A stretch of DNA of 50,423 nucleotides from an uncultured Candidatus Saccharibacteria bacterium (GTDB lineage: Bacteria; Patescibacteriota; Minisyncoccia; Minisyncoccales; GWA2-38-27): assembly GCA_964394985.1 (NCBI GenBank), contig CAYMZK010000002.1, positions 88,349 to 138,771 on the forward strand. Reading direction: 5' to 3'. Every line of letters begins with the position of its first letter. Position 1 is the first letter of the stretch. A program made the translations under genes and the position numbers. Shown piece after piece: positions 28,062 through 37,481 of this stretch. The notes under the pieces are model-generated. The model made no database searches, had not been told where the DNA came from, and worked only from the letters and a program-made list of their open reading frames with translations.

Positions 28062-29328
28062 CGGTCACTCGATTAACTTCTTCAATAGTGGTAATTCCAT
28101 TAGTTGCTTTGATAAATCCGTCCTGGCGCATAGTAACCATTCCTTTTTTAATAGCTATTTCTCTTAGAGCCGATATTGAAGGTGAGGTTAAAATAAATCT
28201 TTCTATTTCTTCATCTATTTCTATGGCTTCAAAGATACTAGTTCTGCCAGTATATCCAGTATTATTGCAACTTTTACAACCCTTTGTTCTTGCTATCTTT
28301 ATTTCTTTAGGATAAAGATCTTCTGAAACGTTTTTTAATTCACTTTTGATTAATTTTAACTCTTCTGATGAGGGCTTTTCAAATTTAGCACACTTTTGAC
28401 AAACTTTTCTGACCAATCTTTGAGCAACAGCTAAATTAACTGCTGGTGAAATATTAATTGGCTTTTCTCCTAAGGCTTGTAGTCTAGCAATGGTTCCAGC
28501 AGAGTCATTGGTATGTAAGGTGGTAAAGACCAAATGTCCCGTTAAGGCAGCTTGCAGGGCAGTAGAAGCAGTTTCTAGGTCTCTAATTTCTCCAACCAAA
28601 ACTACATCAGGATCTTGTCTCATTATTGACCTTAATCCGCTAGCAAAATCATAACCCTTTTTTGAATCAACTTGAGTTTGAGAAATTCCTTCTAAATGAT
28701 ACTCAATAGGATCTTCTAAAGTAATAATCTTTATCTCCGGCTGATTTATCTTTTTTAAAAAAGCATAAAGAGTAGTAGTTTTACCTGATCCGGTTGGTCC
28801 GGTAACAATAATCATTCCGTTAGGTTTGCTAATTTCTTTTTTAAACAATATTTCTAAATCTTTTCTTAAGCCTAAATCTTCTAGACTAATTAAACTTTTC
28901 GGGTTTAAAATTCTTAAAACAATTGATTCGCCATATTCAGCCGGAAGAATAGAAGTTCTAATTTCTATTTCTTCTTTTCCTAAATTAATGGAAAAACGAC
29001 CGTCTTGAGGGCGATCACTAACATTAAGTTTTAATTTGGATAATAGTTTAATTCGAGACAAAAGAGATTGATAGACTTTTTTATCTAACTCTAAGACATC
29101 TTGTAAAATTCCATCAATTCTTACTCGGAGTTGATTTTTTTCTTCTTCAGGTTCAAGATGGATGTCTGAAGCATTGAGGTTAATAGCGCCGGCTAAAACA
29201 ATGCCTAAAAGCTCTGTTGTGTTTTTATCTAAAGAAGATTCAATAATTTCTTTAAAACCGGGGAGGTTTTCTACCTTAATTTCTTTAGATATCTCTATTT
29301 CACCTGTAATACTTTTTGCTCTTTGCAT
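28051..29328 (-). CDS. GspE/PilB family type IV pilus assembly ATPase (short N-terminus)
   Basis: ASDIHLEP, RPQDGR, GPTGSGKTTT, EDPIEY, RQDPD, tetra-Cys. Confidence 0.93.
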   Translation of the reverse strand: MQRAKSITGEIEISKEIKVENLPGFKEIIESSLDKNTTELLGIVLAGAINLNASDIHLEPEEEKNQLRVRIDGILQDVLELDKKVYQSLLSRIKLLSKLKLNVSDRPQDGRFSINLGKEEIEIRTSILPAEYGESIVLRILNPKSLISLEDLGLRKDLEILFKKEISKPNGMIIVTGPTGSGKTTTLYAFLKKINQPEIKIITLEDPIEYHLEGISQTQVDSKKGYDFASGLRSIMRQDPDVVLVGEIRDLETASTALQAALTGHLVFTTLHTNDSAGTIARLQALGEKPINISPAVNLAVAQRLVRKVCQKCAKFEKPSSEELKLIKSELKNVSEDLYPKEIKIARTKGCKSCNNTGYTGRTSIFEAIEIDEEIERFILTSPSISALREIAIKKGMVTMRQDGFIKATNGITTIEEVNRVTEKK

Positions 29329-29372
29329 TAGATATTGCTATGATGTAATATATTATTTCAATTTATCCTATT

Positions 29373-29813
29373 ATGGCCGATAAGTCAATTAAAGTTATTA
29401 CCAATAGCGCTAAAGAAACTCAAGATTTAGCTAAAAAATTAGCTAAAGATTTTTTAGCTAAAAAAAGGCCAATTGTTTTGGCTTTGGAAGGAGAATTGGG
29501 AGGAGGAAAAACAACTTTTCTTCAAGGTTTTGCTAAAGGACTAGGAGTCAAAGAAAAGATTTTGAGCCCAACCTTTAATATTTTTAAAAAGTTTAAAATA
29601 AAAGACAAGTATTTTTATCATTTTGATTGTTATCGAATAGAAGACCCAAAAGAAATATTAAATTTAGGTTTTAAAGAAATAATCTCTAATTCTAATAATA
29701 TTATTGCCATAGAATGGGCTAGTAAAATTAAAAAGATTTTACCAAAAAACACCATTCATCTTAAATTTAAGTTCACAGATGAAAACACTCGCTCTATTGA
29801 CATAGCTTTGTAG
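29373..29813 (+). CDS. tsaE: t6A biosynthesis ATPase TsaE
   Basis: GELGGGKTT, SPTF, HFDCYR, IEWA. Confidence 0.95.
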   Translation: MADKSIKVITNSAKETQDLAKKLAKDFLAKKRPIVLALEGELGGGKTTFLQGFAKGLGVKEKILSPTFNIFKKFKIKDKYFYHFDCYRIEDPKEILNLGFKEIISNSNNIIAIEWASKIKKILPKNTIHLKFKFTDENTRSIDIAL

Positions 29814-29837
29814 CTCTGCATTTCGCGGGGCTTTTTT
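29812..29837 (+). terminator. Intrinsic terminator after tsaE
   Basis: AGCTCTGC-ATTTC-GCGGGGCT followed by a T-run. Confidence 0.65.
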
Positions 29838-29855
29838 ATATGCTATGATAAGTAA

Positions 29856-30761
29856 ATGGAAAGCAAGAAATTAATTATTATTGATGGGAATGCTGTTGTT
29901 CATCGAGCTTATCATGCTCTCCCTCCCTTGAGAACCAAGAAAGGAGAATTGGTTAATGCTGTTTATGGGTTTTTACTAGCTTTATTTAGCGCCATTGATG
30001 AGTTTAAGCCAGACTATATTGCCGCAACTTTTGATTTACCCGGTCCAACCTTTAGGCATAAAAAATTTAAACTATATAAAGCTAATAGAGAAAAAGCTCC
30101 TGACGATTTGTACGAGCAAATTCCTAAAATTAAAGATTTGCTTAGCTCTTTTGGGATTAAGATTTTTGAAAAACAGGGTTATGAAGCCGATGATATTATT
30201 GGTACTATTTCTAAATTAGCACCTAGAAAAAGAATTCATCCGCCGATTGAAACAATCATTGTTACTGGCGATTTAGATGTTTTGCAATTAGTAAACAAAA
30301 ACACTAAAGTTAATGCCCTAAGAAGAGGGGTTAAAGATACTGTTTTATACAATGAAGAAAAAGTAAAAGAAAGATATGATGGCTTAGTGCCAGAACAATT
30401 AGTAGATTATAAAGCGCTGAGAGGAGATCCTTCAGATAATATTCCCGGAGTAGGTGGTATTGGCGAGAAAACGGCCATTTCTTTGATTAAAGAGTTTAAG
30501 ACTTTAGATAATTTGTATAGTAATTTAAATCAGGTTCCAGAAAAAACTAGAGAAAAATTAGAATTAGGAAAAGATCAGGCCTATGTTTCTAAAATGTTAG
30601 CTGAGATAAATCAAGGAGTAGACATTAAATTTGATTTGGAGAAATGCGTTTTTAAGGGGTATAATAATAGAATAGCCAAAGGTTTAGATAAATATGAATT
30701 TGAGAGCTTAAAAAAGAGATTGTTTAAAAAACCAGAGAAGAAAAATTTAAAATTATTGTAA
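29856..30761 (+). CDS. Stand-alone 5'-3' exonuclease (PolA N-terminal domain)
   Basis: IDGNAVVHRAYHA, YKANR, EADDIIGT, GDPSDNIPGVGGIGEKTA. Confidence 0.92.
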   Translation: MESKKLIIIDGNAVVHRAYHALPPLRTKKGELVNAVYGFLLALFSAIDEFKPDYIAATFDLPGPTFRHKKFKLYKANREKAPDDLYEQIPKIKDLLSSFGIKIFEKQGYEADDIIGTISKLAPRKRIHPPIETIIVTGDLDVLQLVNKNTKVNALRRGVKDTVLYNEEKVKERYDGLVPEQLVDYKALRGDPSDNIPGVGGIGEKTAISLIKEFKTLDNLYSNLNQVPEKTREKLELGKDQAYVSKMLAEINQGVDIKFDLEKCVFKGYNNRIAKGLDKYEFESLKKRLFKKPEKKNLKLL

Positions 30762-31852
30762 TGTTTTTTAAAAAAGAAAAACCAAAATTAATTAATGGTG
30801 ATCAAGATATCACCATTAGCAATTATCTTACTGACGCCCTTTTGGTTTTTGATAGTCAATCTAGGGTTGTTTTGGCCAACCCTAAAGCCGAAGTGATGTT
30901 TGAGGTTTCTGAGAAAAAATTATTGGGTAAAAATATTATGGAGCTAGGACATTATGATAGACTTAATTCAATTATTTCTTTTCTAGGAGCAGCTATTAAG
31001 CCAATTAAAAAACAAGAAATTCAGATTAGTGATAATTTAATTGTAGAGGTAACCAGCGTTCCAATTTCTGAACAAGGAGAAAGAGCAAACACTTTAGTTA
31101 TTATCCATGATATTACGCGAGAGAAATTATCAGATAAAATGAAAAGCGAATTTGTTACTTTAGCAGCTCATCAATTAAGAACACCCACTTCAGCCATTAA
31201 GTGGTCTTTGCAAGGGTTGCTTCAAGGGGATTACGGCGAATTAAACGAAGATCAGAAAAGTCTCTTGCAAGAAGCTTACTCTACTAATGACAAGGTAATT
31301 GAATTAGTCAGAGATCTATTAGATGTAGCTCAAATAGAGGAAGGGAAATATTTAAATCGGATGGCCTTAAAAGATATTGAAGAAGTGATAAAATCATTGA
31401 TTAATTCTAGAAAGCAGGAAATTTTAAATAAAAAAATTCATTTAAAATTTGAAAATTCTGAAGTGCCTAAAATAATGCTTGATACTGAAAAGATAAAGAT
31501 TGCCATTTCAAATATTTTAGATAATGCTCTAAGATATACTCAAGAGGGCGGAGAGATTCTTATTAAATTGAATAAAGTAGAAAAAGAAATTGAAATTAAA
31601 GTAATAGATAATGGAATTGGTATTCCAGAAAACGAGCAAGCAAGAGTTTTTACTAAGTTTTATCGAGGATCTAATGCTATTAAAAGAGAAACGGAAGGAA
31701 CGGGCTTGGGATTATATATTGTTAAAAATATTATTGAGGCTCATGGAGGAAGAGTTTGGTTTAAATCTAAAGAAAATAAAGGAACAACTTTTTGTATTAT
31801 TCTTCCAATTAAAGAAAGATTTGGAGAATTTTTAACCGGAGACTTTTATTAA
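30761..31852 (+). CDS. Cytoplasmic PAS histidine kinase
   Basis: PAS domain; AAHQLRTP H-box; N, G1, F, G2 boxes; no TM segment. Confidence 0.92.
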   Translation: MFFKKEKPKLINGDQDITISNYLTDALLVFDSQSRVVLANPKAEVMFEVSEKKLLGKNIMELGHYDRLNSIISFLGAAIKPIKKQEIQISDNLIVEVTSVPISEQGERANTLVIIHDITREKLSDKMKSEFVTLAAHQLRTPTSAIKWSLQGLLQGDYGELNEDQKSLLQEAYSTNDKVIELVRDLLDVAQIEEGKYLNRMALKDIEEVIKSLINSRKQEILNKKIHLKFENSEVPKIMLDTEKIKIAISNILDNALRYTQEGGEILIKLNKVEKEIEIKVIDNGIGIPENEQARVFTKFYRGSNAIKRETEGTGLGLYIVKNIIEAHGGRVWFKSKENKGTTFCIILPIKERFGEFLTGDFY

Positions 31853-31869
31853 TTAAAATAAATGAATTT

Positions 31870-32241
31870 ATGAAAAAAGTTTTAGTAATTGAAGATGATA
31901 AATTTTTAAGAAAAGTTATTAAAAAAAAGCTTTCTGATGAAGGTTATGATGTTGTTGAAGCCATTGACGGAGAGAAGGGGGTTAAAATGGCGAAGGAAAA
32001 AAAGCCAGATATAATTTTATTAGATTTAGTTTTGCCAGAAATGACTGGCTTTGAAGTTTTAAAAAAGTTAAAAGAAAAAGAGCCGATCTCTAAAATACCT
32101 ATTATAATATTATCTAATCTTAGCAACGCCGAAGAGGTTCGAAAAGGAATGAGCATGGGGGCAGCTAGTTATTTAGTTAAGTCAAATTTTCATCCTAGCG
32201 AAATTATTAAAAAAATGGAGGAAGTTTTTAAAAAACAATGA
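31870..32241 (+). CDS. Single-domain response regulator
   Basis: IEDD, LLDLVLP, LSN, YLVK. Confidence 0.93.
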   Translation: MKKVLVIEDDKFLRKVIKKKLSDEGYDVVEAIDGEKGVKMAKEKKPDIILLDLVLPEMTGFEVLKKLKEKEPISKIPIIILSNLSNAEEVRKGMSMGAASYLVKSNFHPSEIIKKMEEVFKKQ

Positions 32242-32831
32242 TTACCAAAGCTCAGATTGAAAAAATGAAAAAATTGAAAGGAGAAGCCCGAGGAATGAAT
32301 TTAAAAAGCATGTTTGATTATATTTATAGAAAACACGGAGAAGCCGGAGTAAAAAAAGTAGAAAAAAAGATGGCCGAGCTAGGATATCCAGTTAAACGCT
32401 CTGAAGTAGAGCCAATGAGTTACCACTCAATGACCAAAAACGCCCTTTTTGTTTTAGCGGTTAAGGAGTGTTTCAATATGACAGCAAAAGATTTTAAAGA
32501 TATGGGAGGGGTGATGTTTCAATTTAATTTATTTACTAAACTATTTATGAAATACTTTATTTCTCTTGATATGATTTTTAAACAGCTACAAAAGATATTT
32601 CGAAAACATTATACAGTGGGAACAATTGAAATGGTAGAATATAGTTTAAAGAAAAAATATGCTATCTTGCGAGAAAGAGGATTTAAAATTGATAAGAATC
32701 ATTTGAATATCCACCTAGGTTATTATACGAAAGCTAGCGAAATGATATTAAAAAAACCAATAATTTCTAAAGTAACCAAAAGTGTATATGGTGGCGATCC
32801 TTATAATGAATACATATTTAGATGGAAATAA
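32238..32831 (+). CDS. V4R/H-NOX-like putative ligand-binding protein, paralog 1
   Basis: Paralog of the next gene; C-terminal KSVYGGDPYNEYIFRW. Confidence 0.55.
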   Translation: MITKAQIEKMKKLKGEARGMNLKSMFDYIYRKHGEAGVKKVEKKMAELGYPVKRSEVEPMSYHSMTKNALFVLAVKECFNMTAKDFKDMGGVMFQFNLFTKLFMKYFISLDMIFKQLQKIFRKHYTVGTIEMVEYSLKKKYAILRERGFKIDKNHLNIHLGYYTKASEMILKKPIISKVTKSVYGGDPYNEYIFRWK

Positions 32832-32832
32832 A

Positions 32833-33417
32833 ATGACTAAAGAAGAATTCCAAAAAATAATGAAAATAAAGGGGAGTGCGAGAGGAACTAATATGAAAAT
32901 TATTTTTGATTATATCAAAAAAGAAAAAGGAGCAGCGGGAGTAAAAAAAGTGGAAAATAAAATGGCAGAACTAGGTTTTCCTGTAAAACATAAAAAACTG
33001 AAAATAATGGATTTTTATCCATTGAATGTCAATACTCTTTTTGTAGTAGTAGTGAAAGAGGCTTTCAATTTTAATGATGAAGAAATTACGAGGATAGGTT
33101 ATGAGAGTTTTAATTTTAATATATTTATGAAGTTATTTATGAAATATTTTAGTTCTTTGGAAATGGTTTCTAAACAAGTATCCAGAGTATTTCGCAGACA
33201 CTATACGGTAGGAGAGTTTTCCATGCCTAGTTTTAGTGAGAAAGAGAAGTTTATTATTTTAAGAGAAAAGTTTAATGTACATCCTATTTATTGCCCCATT
33301 CATAAAGGTTTTTATATTAAGACTGCAGAATTGACAGTAAAATCTAAAGTAAAAGCTAAAGAAGTTAAATGCATGTTTCGGGGAGACCCATATTGCGAAT
33401 TTTTACTTACATGGTAG
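32833..33417 (+). CDS. V4R/H-NOX-like putative ligand-binding protein, paralog 2
   Basis: YCPIHKGF..EVKCMFRGDPYCEFLLTW V4R motif; start MTKEEF at 32833. Confidence 0.6.
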   Translation: MTKEEFQKIMKIKGSARGTNMKIIFDYIKKEKGAAGVKKVENKMAELGFPVKHKKLKIMDFYPLNVNTLFVVVVKEAFNFNDEEITRIGYESFNFNIFMKLFMKYFSSLEMVSKQVSRVFRRHYTVGEFSMPSFSEKEKFIILREKFNVHPIYCPIHKGFYIKTAELTVKSKVKAKEVKCMFRGDPYCEFLLTW

Positions 33418-34892
33418 AAAAAGATTTAAATCAAAAGGAAAATGAAACAAAAATAGCCACCCTTCTAGAGGATTTAAATTTTCTAGAAGCTTATGTCAGT
33501 GATATTTTTAATTTTATGCCGGCACCGTTGGCTTTTGTTAGTGTTTTGGGGGTTGTTTTGGAAATTAACCCAGCTTTTACAAAAATATCTAAGTATAATC
33601 CGGAAGAAATTATTGGCGAAGAAGTAGAAAAGCTTTTTAATCAAAAGAATATTCAAAAGCTAATTCAAAAAACATTGAAAGAAGGCTCTATTGAAGGAGA
33701 AAAAGCAAAGTTTTTCCCTAAAAGAAATAAAAAAGGCATCCCGGTTCAAGTTTTTGCTAAAGTAAGATACGATCAGGATAAAAATAAGCTAGGCGTTTAT
33801 TTAAGCCTATTTGATCTTACTGAAATAGAAAAAGCTTTAGTTAGTCTTAAGCAGGCTAAAAATGATGCAGAAGAAGAAAAAAATAAAACCCTAGCTATTA
33901 TTCAAAACTTTGTAGATGGTCTGTTGGTTTTTGATGAAAATGAAATTCTTGTTTCAGCTAACTCGCGAGTAGAAGATTTTTTAAATATTAATACCAAGAG
34001 TTTAATTGGAAAATCCTTAAAAGAGCTAACTAAAATAAAGAATTTAAAAAAGGCAATAAATATTTTTAATCAAGAGCAGGTTTTTAGAGAAGAATTAAAA
34101 TTAAATAATTTAGTTTTAGAGGTGACAGCTATCCCAATAACCGGCGGATCAAAAAACCAAGGAACTTTAGTTATTTTGCATGACATTACCAGGGAAAGCT
34201 TAATTGAAGAAATGAAAAGCGAATTTGTTTCTTTAGCTGCCCATCAATTAAGAACGCCGTTATCGGCGATTAAATGGATTACTAAAATGCTTTTAGATGA
34301 AGAGCTTGGAGAATTAAACGAAGAGCAGAAAGAATTTTTAGAAGATAGTTATGAATCAAATGATAGAATGATTTCTTTAATAAATGATTTATTGAATGTT
34401 ACTAAAATTGAAGAAGGAAGATATTTATATAAGCTTTCTGTTGGCGATGTTACAGAAATTATTAAATTTGTTATTAATTCTCATAAGGACGCCGCTAGAA
34501 AAAAGAACTTAAAAGTAATATTTAACAAACCAAAAAGAAAGATACCTCCATTTAAAATGGATGTTGAGAAAATAAAAATAGTCATAGAAAACCTTTTAGA
34601 CAATGCTATTAAGTACACTGATAAGGGAAAAATCACTATCGAGCTTAAAAAAATAGGCAATCAGGTCCAAATTTCTGTTTCAGATAGCGGAGTGGGAATT
34701 CAAAAGAAGCATTATCCTAGAATGTTTGAAAAATTCTTTAGAAGTCCGGAAGTGGTTAAAATGGAAACAGAAGGAAGTGGTCTAGGCTTATTTATAACAA
34801 AAAACATTATTGAAGCTCATGGGGGTAAGATTTGGTTTGAATCTCAGCTTAATAAGGGGACAACTTTCTATTTTACAATTCCTATTAAATAA
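33411..34892 (+). CDS. Cytoplasmic PAS-PAS histidine kinase
   Basis: Two PAS domains, AAHQLRTP, NLLDNAIKY, GSGLGL; start MVEKD at 33411. Confidence 0.92.
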   Translation: MVEKDLNQKENETKIATLLEDLNFLEAYVSDIFNFMPAPLAFVSVLGVVLEINPAFTKISKYNPEEIIGEEVEKLFNQKNIQKLIQKTLKEGSIEGEKAKFFPKRNKKGIPVQVFAKVRYDQDKNKLGVYLSLFDLTEIEKALVSLKQAKNDAEEEKNKTLAIIQNFVDGLLVFDENEILVSANSRVEDFLNINTKSLIGKSLKELTKIKNLKKAINIFNQEQVFREELKLNNLVLEVTAIPITGGSKNQGTLVILHDITRESLIEEMKSEFVSLAAHQLRTPLSAIKWITKMLLDEELGELNEEQKEFLEDSYESNDRMISLINDLLNVTKIEEGRYLYKLSVGDVTEIIKFVINSHKDAARKKNLKVIFNKPKRKIPPFKMDVEKIKIVIENLLDNAIKYTDKGKITIELKKIGNQVQISVSDSGVGIQKKHYPRMFEKFFRSPEVVKMETEGSGLGLFITKNIIEAHGGKIWFESQLNKGTTFYFTIPIK

Positions 34893-34924
34893 GATAAAAT
34901 AAAAAAAAGTAACAATATAAATAT

Positions 34925-35290
34925 ATGAAGAAAATATTAGTAATAGAAGACGATAAATTTTTAAGAGAGTTAATTTCTCAAAAATTAGCTAGTGAAGGCT
35001 ATGATGTTGCTGAAGCAGTTGATGGAGATAAAGGAATAGAAAGCGTTAAATTAGAAAAGCCAGATTTAGTTTTGCTAGATTTAATTATTCCGGGCATAGA
35101 TGGCTTTGAGGTTTTAGCTAAAATGAAAGCAGACCCAGAGCTAGCTAAGATACCAATTATCATTCTTTCAAATTTAGGACAAAAAGATGATATTGAAAAA
35201 GGTCTGGAAATGGGAGCCAATGATTACTTAATTAAAGCTCACTTTACTCCAGGAGAAATTGTTGAAAAAATCGAATCAATAATAAAATAA
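34925..35290 (+). CDS. Single-domain response regulator
   Basis: IEDD, LLDLIIP, LSN, YLIK. Confidence 0.93.
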   Translation: MKKILVIEDDKFLRELISQKLASEGYDVAEAVDGDKGIESVKLEKPDLVLLDLIIPGIDGFEVLAKMKADPELAKIPIIILSNLGQKDDIEKGLEMGANDYLIKAHFTPGEIVEKIESIIK

Positions 35291-36132
35291 TGCCTGAATT
35301 ACCAGAAGTTGAAACAACAGTTAATGGTTTACAGAAGGTCCTTAATCGGACCTTCGTTGATGTTTGGACTGATAACGCTAAAACGATCAAAAAACCCTCT
35401 TCTTTCAAGAGATTCAAAGAGATTATTGAGGGTAAAAAGATTAAAAAGATTTATCGAAGAGGTAAAAATATTATTTTTAATCTTTCTGACAGCTATTCTC
35501 TTTTAGTTCATTTAAAGATGACTGGTCATTTTCTCTATGATGATTGGAACAAAGAAGATAGTTTTAATAAATACATTCATCTTAAATTTGTCTTAGATAA
35601 TAATAAGATTTTAGCTCTTTCTGATTTAAGGAAATTTGCTAAAGTGATATTGGCTTCCAACCAAGAGATTTTAAAAGAAATAGAACTTCTGGGGCCAGAA
35701 CCATTAGAAAAAGATTTTACTTTTAATAAATTTAAGAAAGTCTTAAAAAGAGGCCTGCCTGCCGGTAGGCAGGGGGTGATTAAAAAAGTTTTACATAATC
35801 AAAATGTAATTGTTGGTATTGGTAATATTTATTCTGACGAGATATTGTGGCGAGCTAAGGTTAATCCCTTTAGGAGAGTGGAGACTTTAACAGAAAAAGA
35901 GCTTAAAGATATTTATAAAGAAATAAAAAAGGTTTTAAAAGAAGCGATTAAATTAAAAGGAACAAGTACTTCTGATTATCGAAATATTAAAGGAGAAAGA
36001 GGTTCTTACGGGAAAGTTTTAAGAGTTTATCAGAGAGAAGGTGGAAAATGTTTCCGTTGTGGTAGTATAATAGAAAGAAAAAAGATAAATAATAGAAGCA
36101 CTCGTTTTTGTCCTAAGTGCCAAAAACTATGA
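35290..36132 (+). CDS. mutM: Formamidopyrimidine-DNA glycosylase
   Basis: MPELPEVET, RRGK, HLKMTG, GIGNIYSDE, C-terminal Zn finger. Confidence 0.97.
   Translation: MPELPEVETTVNGLQKVLNRTFVDVWTDNAKTIKKPSSFKRFKEIIEGKKIKKIYRRGKNIIFNLSDSYSLLVHLKMTGHFLYDDWNKEDSFNKYIHLKFVLDNNKILALSDLRKFAKVILASNQEILKEIELLGPEPLEKDFTFNKFKKVLKRGLPAGRQGVIKKVLHNQNVIVGIGNIYSDEILWRAKVNPFRRVETLTEKELKDIYKEIKKVLKEAIKLKGTSTSDYRNIKGERGSYGKVLRVYQREGGKCFRCGSIIERKKINNRSTRFCPKCQKL
35754..35773. repeat. Copy of the 20-bp palindrome inside mutM
   Basis: CCTGCCTGCCGGTAGGCAGG, translated in frame as LPAGRQ. Confidence 0.9.
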
Positions 36133-37052
36133 TTATATTCTTATATGGAGAAGATACATATAGAATGAAGGAAAAGTTGAAAGAGATTGTTGAGGGTTAT
36201 CAAAAAGTTCGAACTAGCGGACTTAATTTAAAGTATTTTAGTGGAGATTCTTTTGGGGACTTTAAAAATGAGATTAAGCAAGCTTCAATGTTTCAAGAAA
36301 GGAAATTGGCTATTGTTTTAAATCCCTTTGATTCTTTAGAATTTAAAGAAAGCTTTTTAAAAGAAGGAGAAAATTTTGTTGACTCTTCTGATGTCGTCGT
36401 GGTTTATCAAGAAGGCAAGGTTGCTAAAAATAATACTCTACTTAATTTTTTAATTAAAAAAGCTAAAAGTCAAAAATTTAAATTATTAACTGGAGTTAAG
36501 TTAAGAAACTGGGCTCTAAAAGAGTTTTCTAAATATGGGGTTAGAATTGATGGCCAAGCCTTAACTGCTTTTTTAAATTTTATTGGCAGTGATCTTTGGC
36601 GAATGTCCAATGAGATTAAAAAGCTAGCTAGTTACAAGAAATATTTAGAAGCAAAAGATATCCAATTAATGGTTCGCTCTGGCATTAATACCGATATCTT
36701 TAGAACTATTGAGGCAATTAGTCAAAAGAATAAAAAGGAAGCTTTAGCTCTTTTATACAAACATATTGAAAATGGAGATTCTCCTATTTATCTTCTTTCA
36801 ATGATTAATTATCAGTTTAGAAACCTATTAATAATTAAGGATTTAATTAACAGGGCTACCCCCTACTACGCTATTGTTAAAAAAAGCAAACTGCATCCTT
36901 TTGTAATTAAAAAGAGCTATTATTCGGCTCAAAGGTTTGATTTTCAAGAATTGAAAAATATTTATAATAAAATATTTAAACTAGATATGAAAATAAAAAC
37001 CGGCAAAGTAGAGCCGGCAACTGCCTTAGATTTATTGGTAGCAGAAATTTAG
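36129..37052 (+). CDS. holA: DNA polymerase III delta subunit
   Basis: MIIFLYGED, NEIKKL, HPFVIKK, DMKIKTG; convergent with rpsT. Confidence 0.9.
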   Translation: MIIFLYGEDTYRMKEKLKEIVEGYQKVRTSGLNLKYFSGDSFGDFKNEIKQASMFQERKLAIVLNPFDSLEFKESFLKEGENFVDSSDVVVVYQEGKVAKNNTLLNFLIKKAKSQKFKLLTGVKLRNWALKEFSKYGVRIDGQALTAFLNFIGSDLWRMSNEIKKLASYKKYLEAKDIQLMVRSGINTDIFRTIEAISQKNKKEALALLYKHIENGDSPIYLLSMINYQFRNLLIIKDLINRATPYYAIVKKSKLHPFVIKKSYYSAQRFDFQELKNIYNKIFKLDMKIKTGKVEPATALDLLVAEI

Positions 37053-37312
37053 TCTTTCTTTTCAACTAACTTGGTCAAACGAGATTTTTTTCTAGAAGCA
37101 TTATTTTTTTTGATTACTCCAACTTTAGCAGTCTTATCTAAAGACTTATACACTTTAGGAAGAAGTTTTTTAGCTTCTTCTTTCTTCCCCTCAGAAACCA
37201 AAGACCTCACTTTTTTAACCAGTGATCTCATTTCTTTTTTGTATACTGTATTGTGAGCTCTCTCTTTTTCGTTTTGACGAAGAGCTTTTTGGGCTGATTT
37301 TGTAATTGCCAT
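37049..37312 (-). CDS. rpsT: 30S ribosomal protein S20
   Basis: KSAQKALRQ, LDKTAKVGVIKKNNASRKKSRL. Confidence 0.96.
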   Translation of the reverse strand: MAITKSAQKALRQNEKERAHNTVYKKEMRSLVKKVRSLVSEGKKEEAKKLLPKVYKSLDKTAKVGVIKKNNASRKKSRLTKLVEKKD

Positions 37313-37481
37313 AATAACTGTATCTTAACAAAAAGCAATAAAAAAATCAAGAGTTTGGGCTAAGCTTGGTCTTAAATTGTATGGTGGTTCCTTGCTTTTC
37401 TGCTTGAAAAAAAGTATAGTATAGCATAAAGCACATTAAGCACATTAACAAAACAATAAAGAAAAGATAGGAGAATAGACG

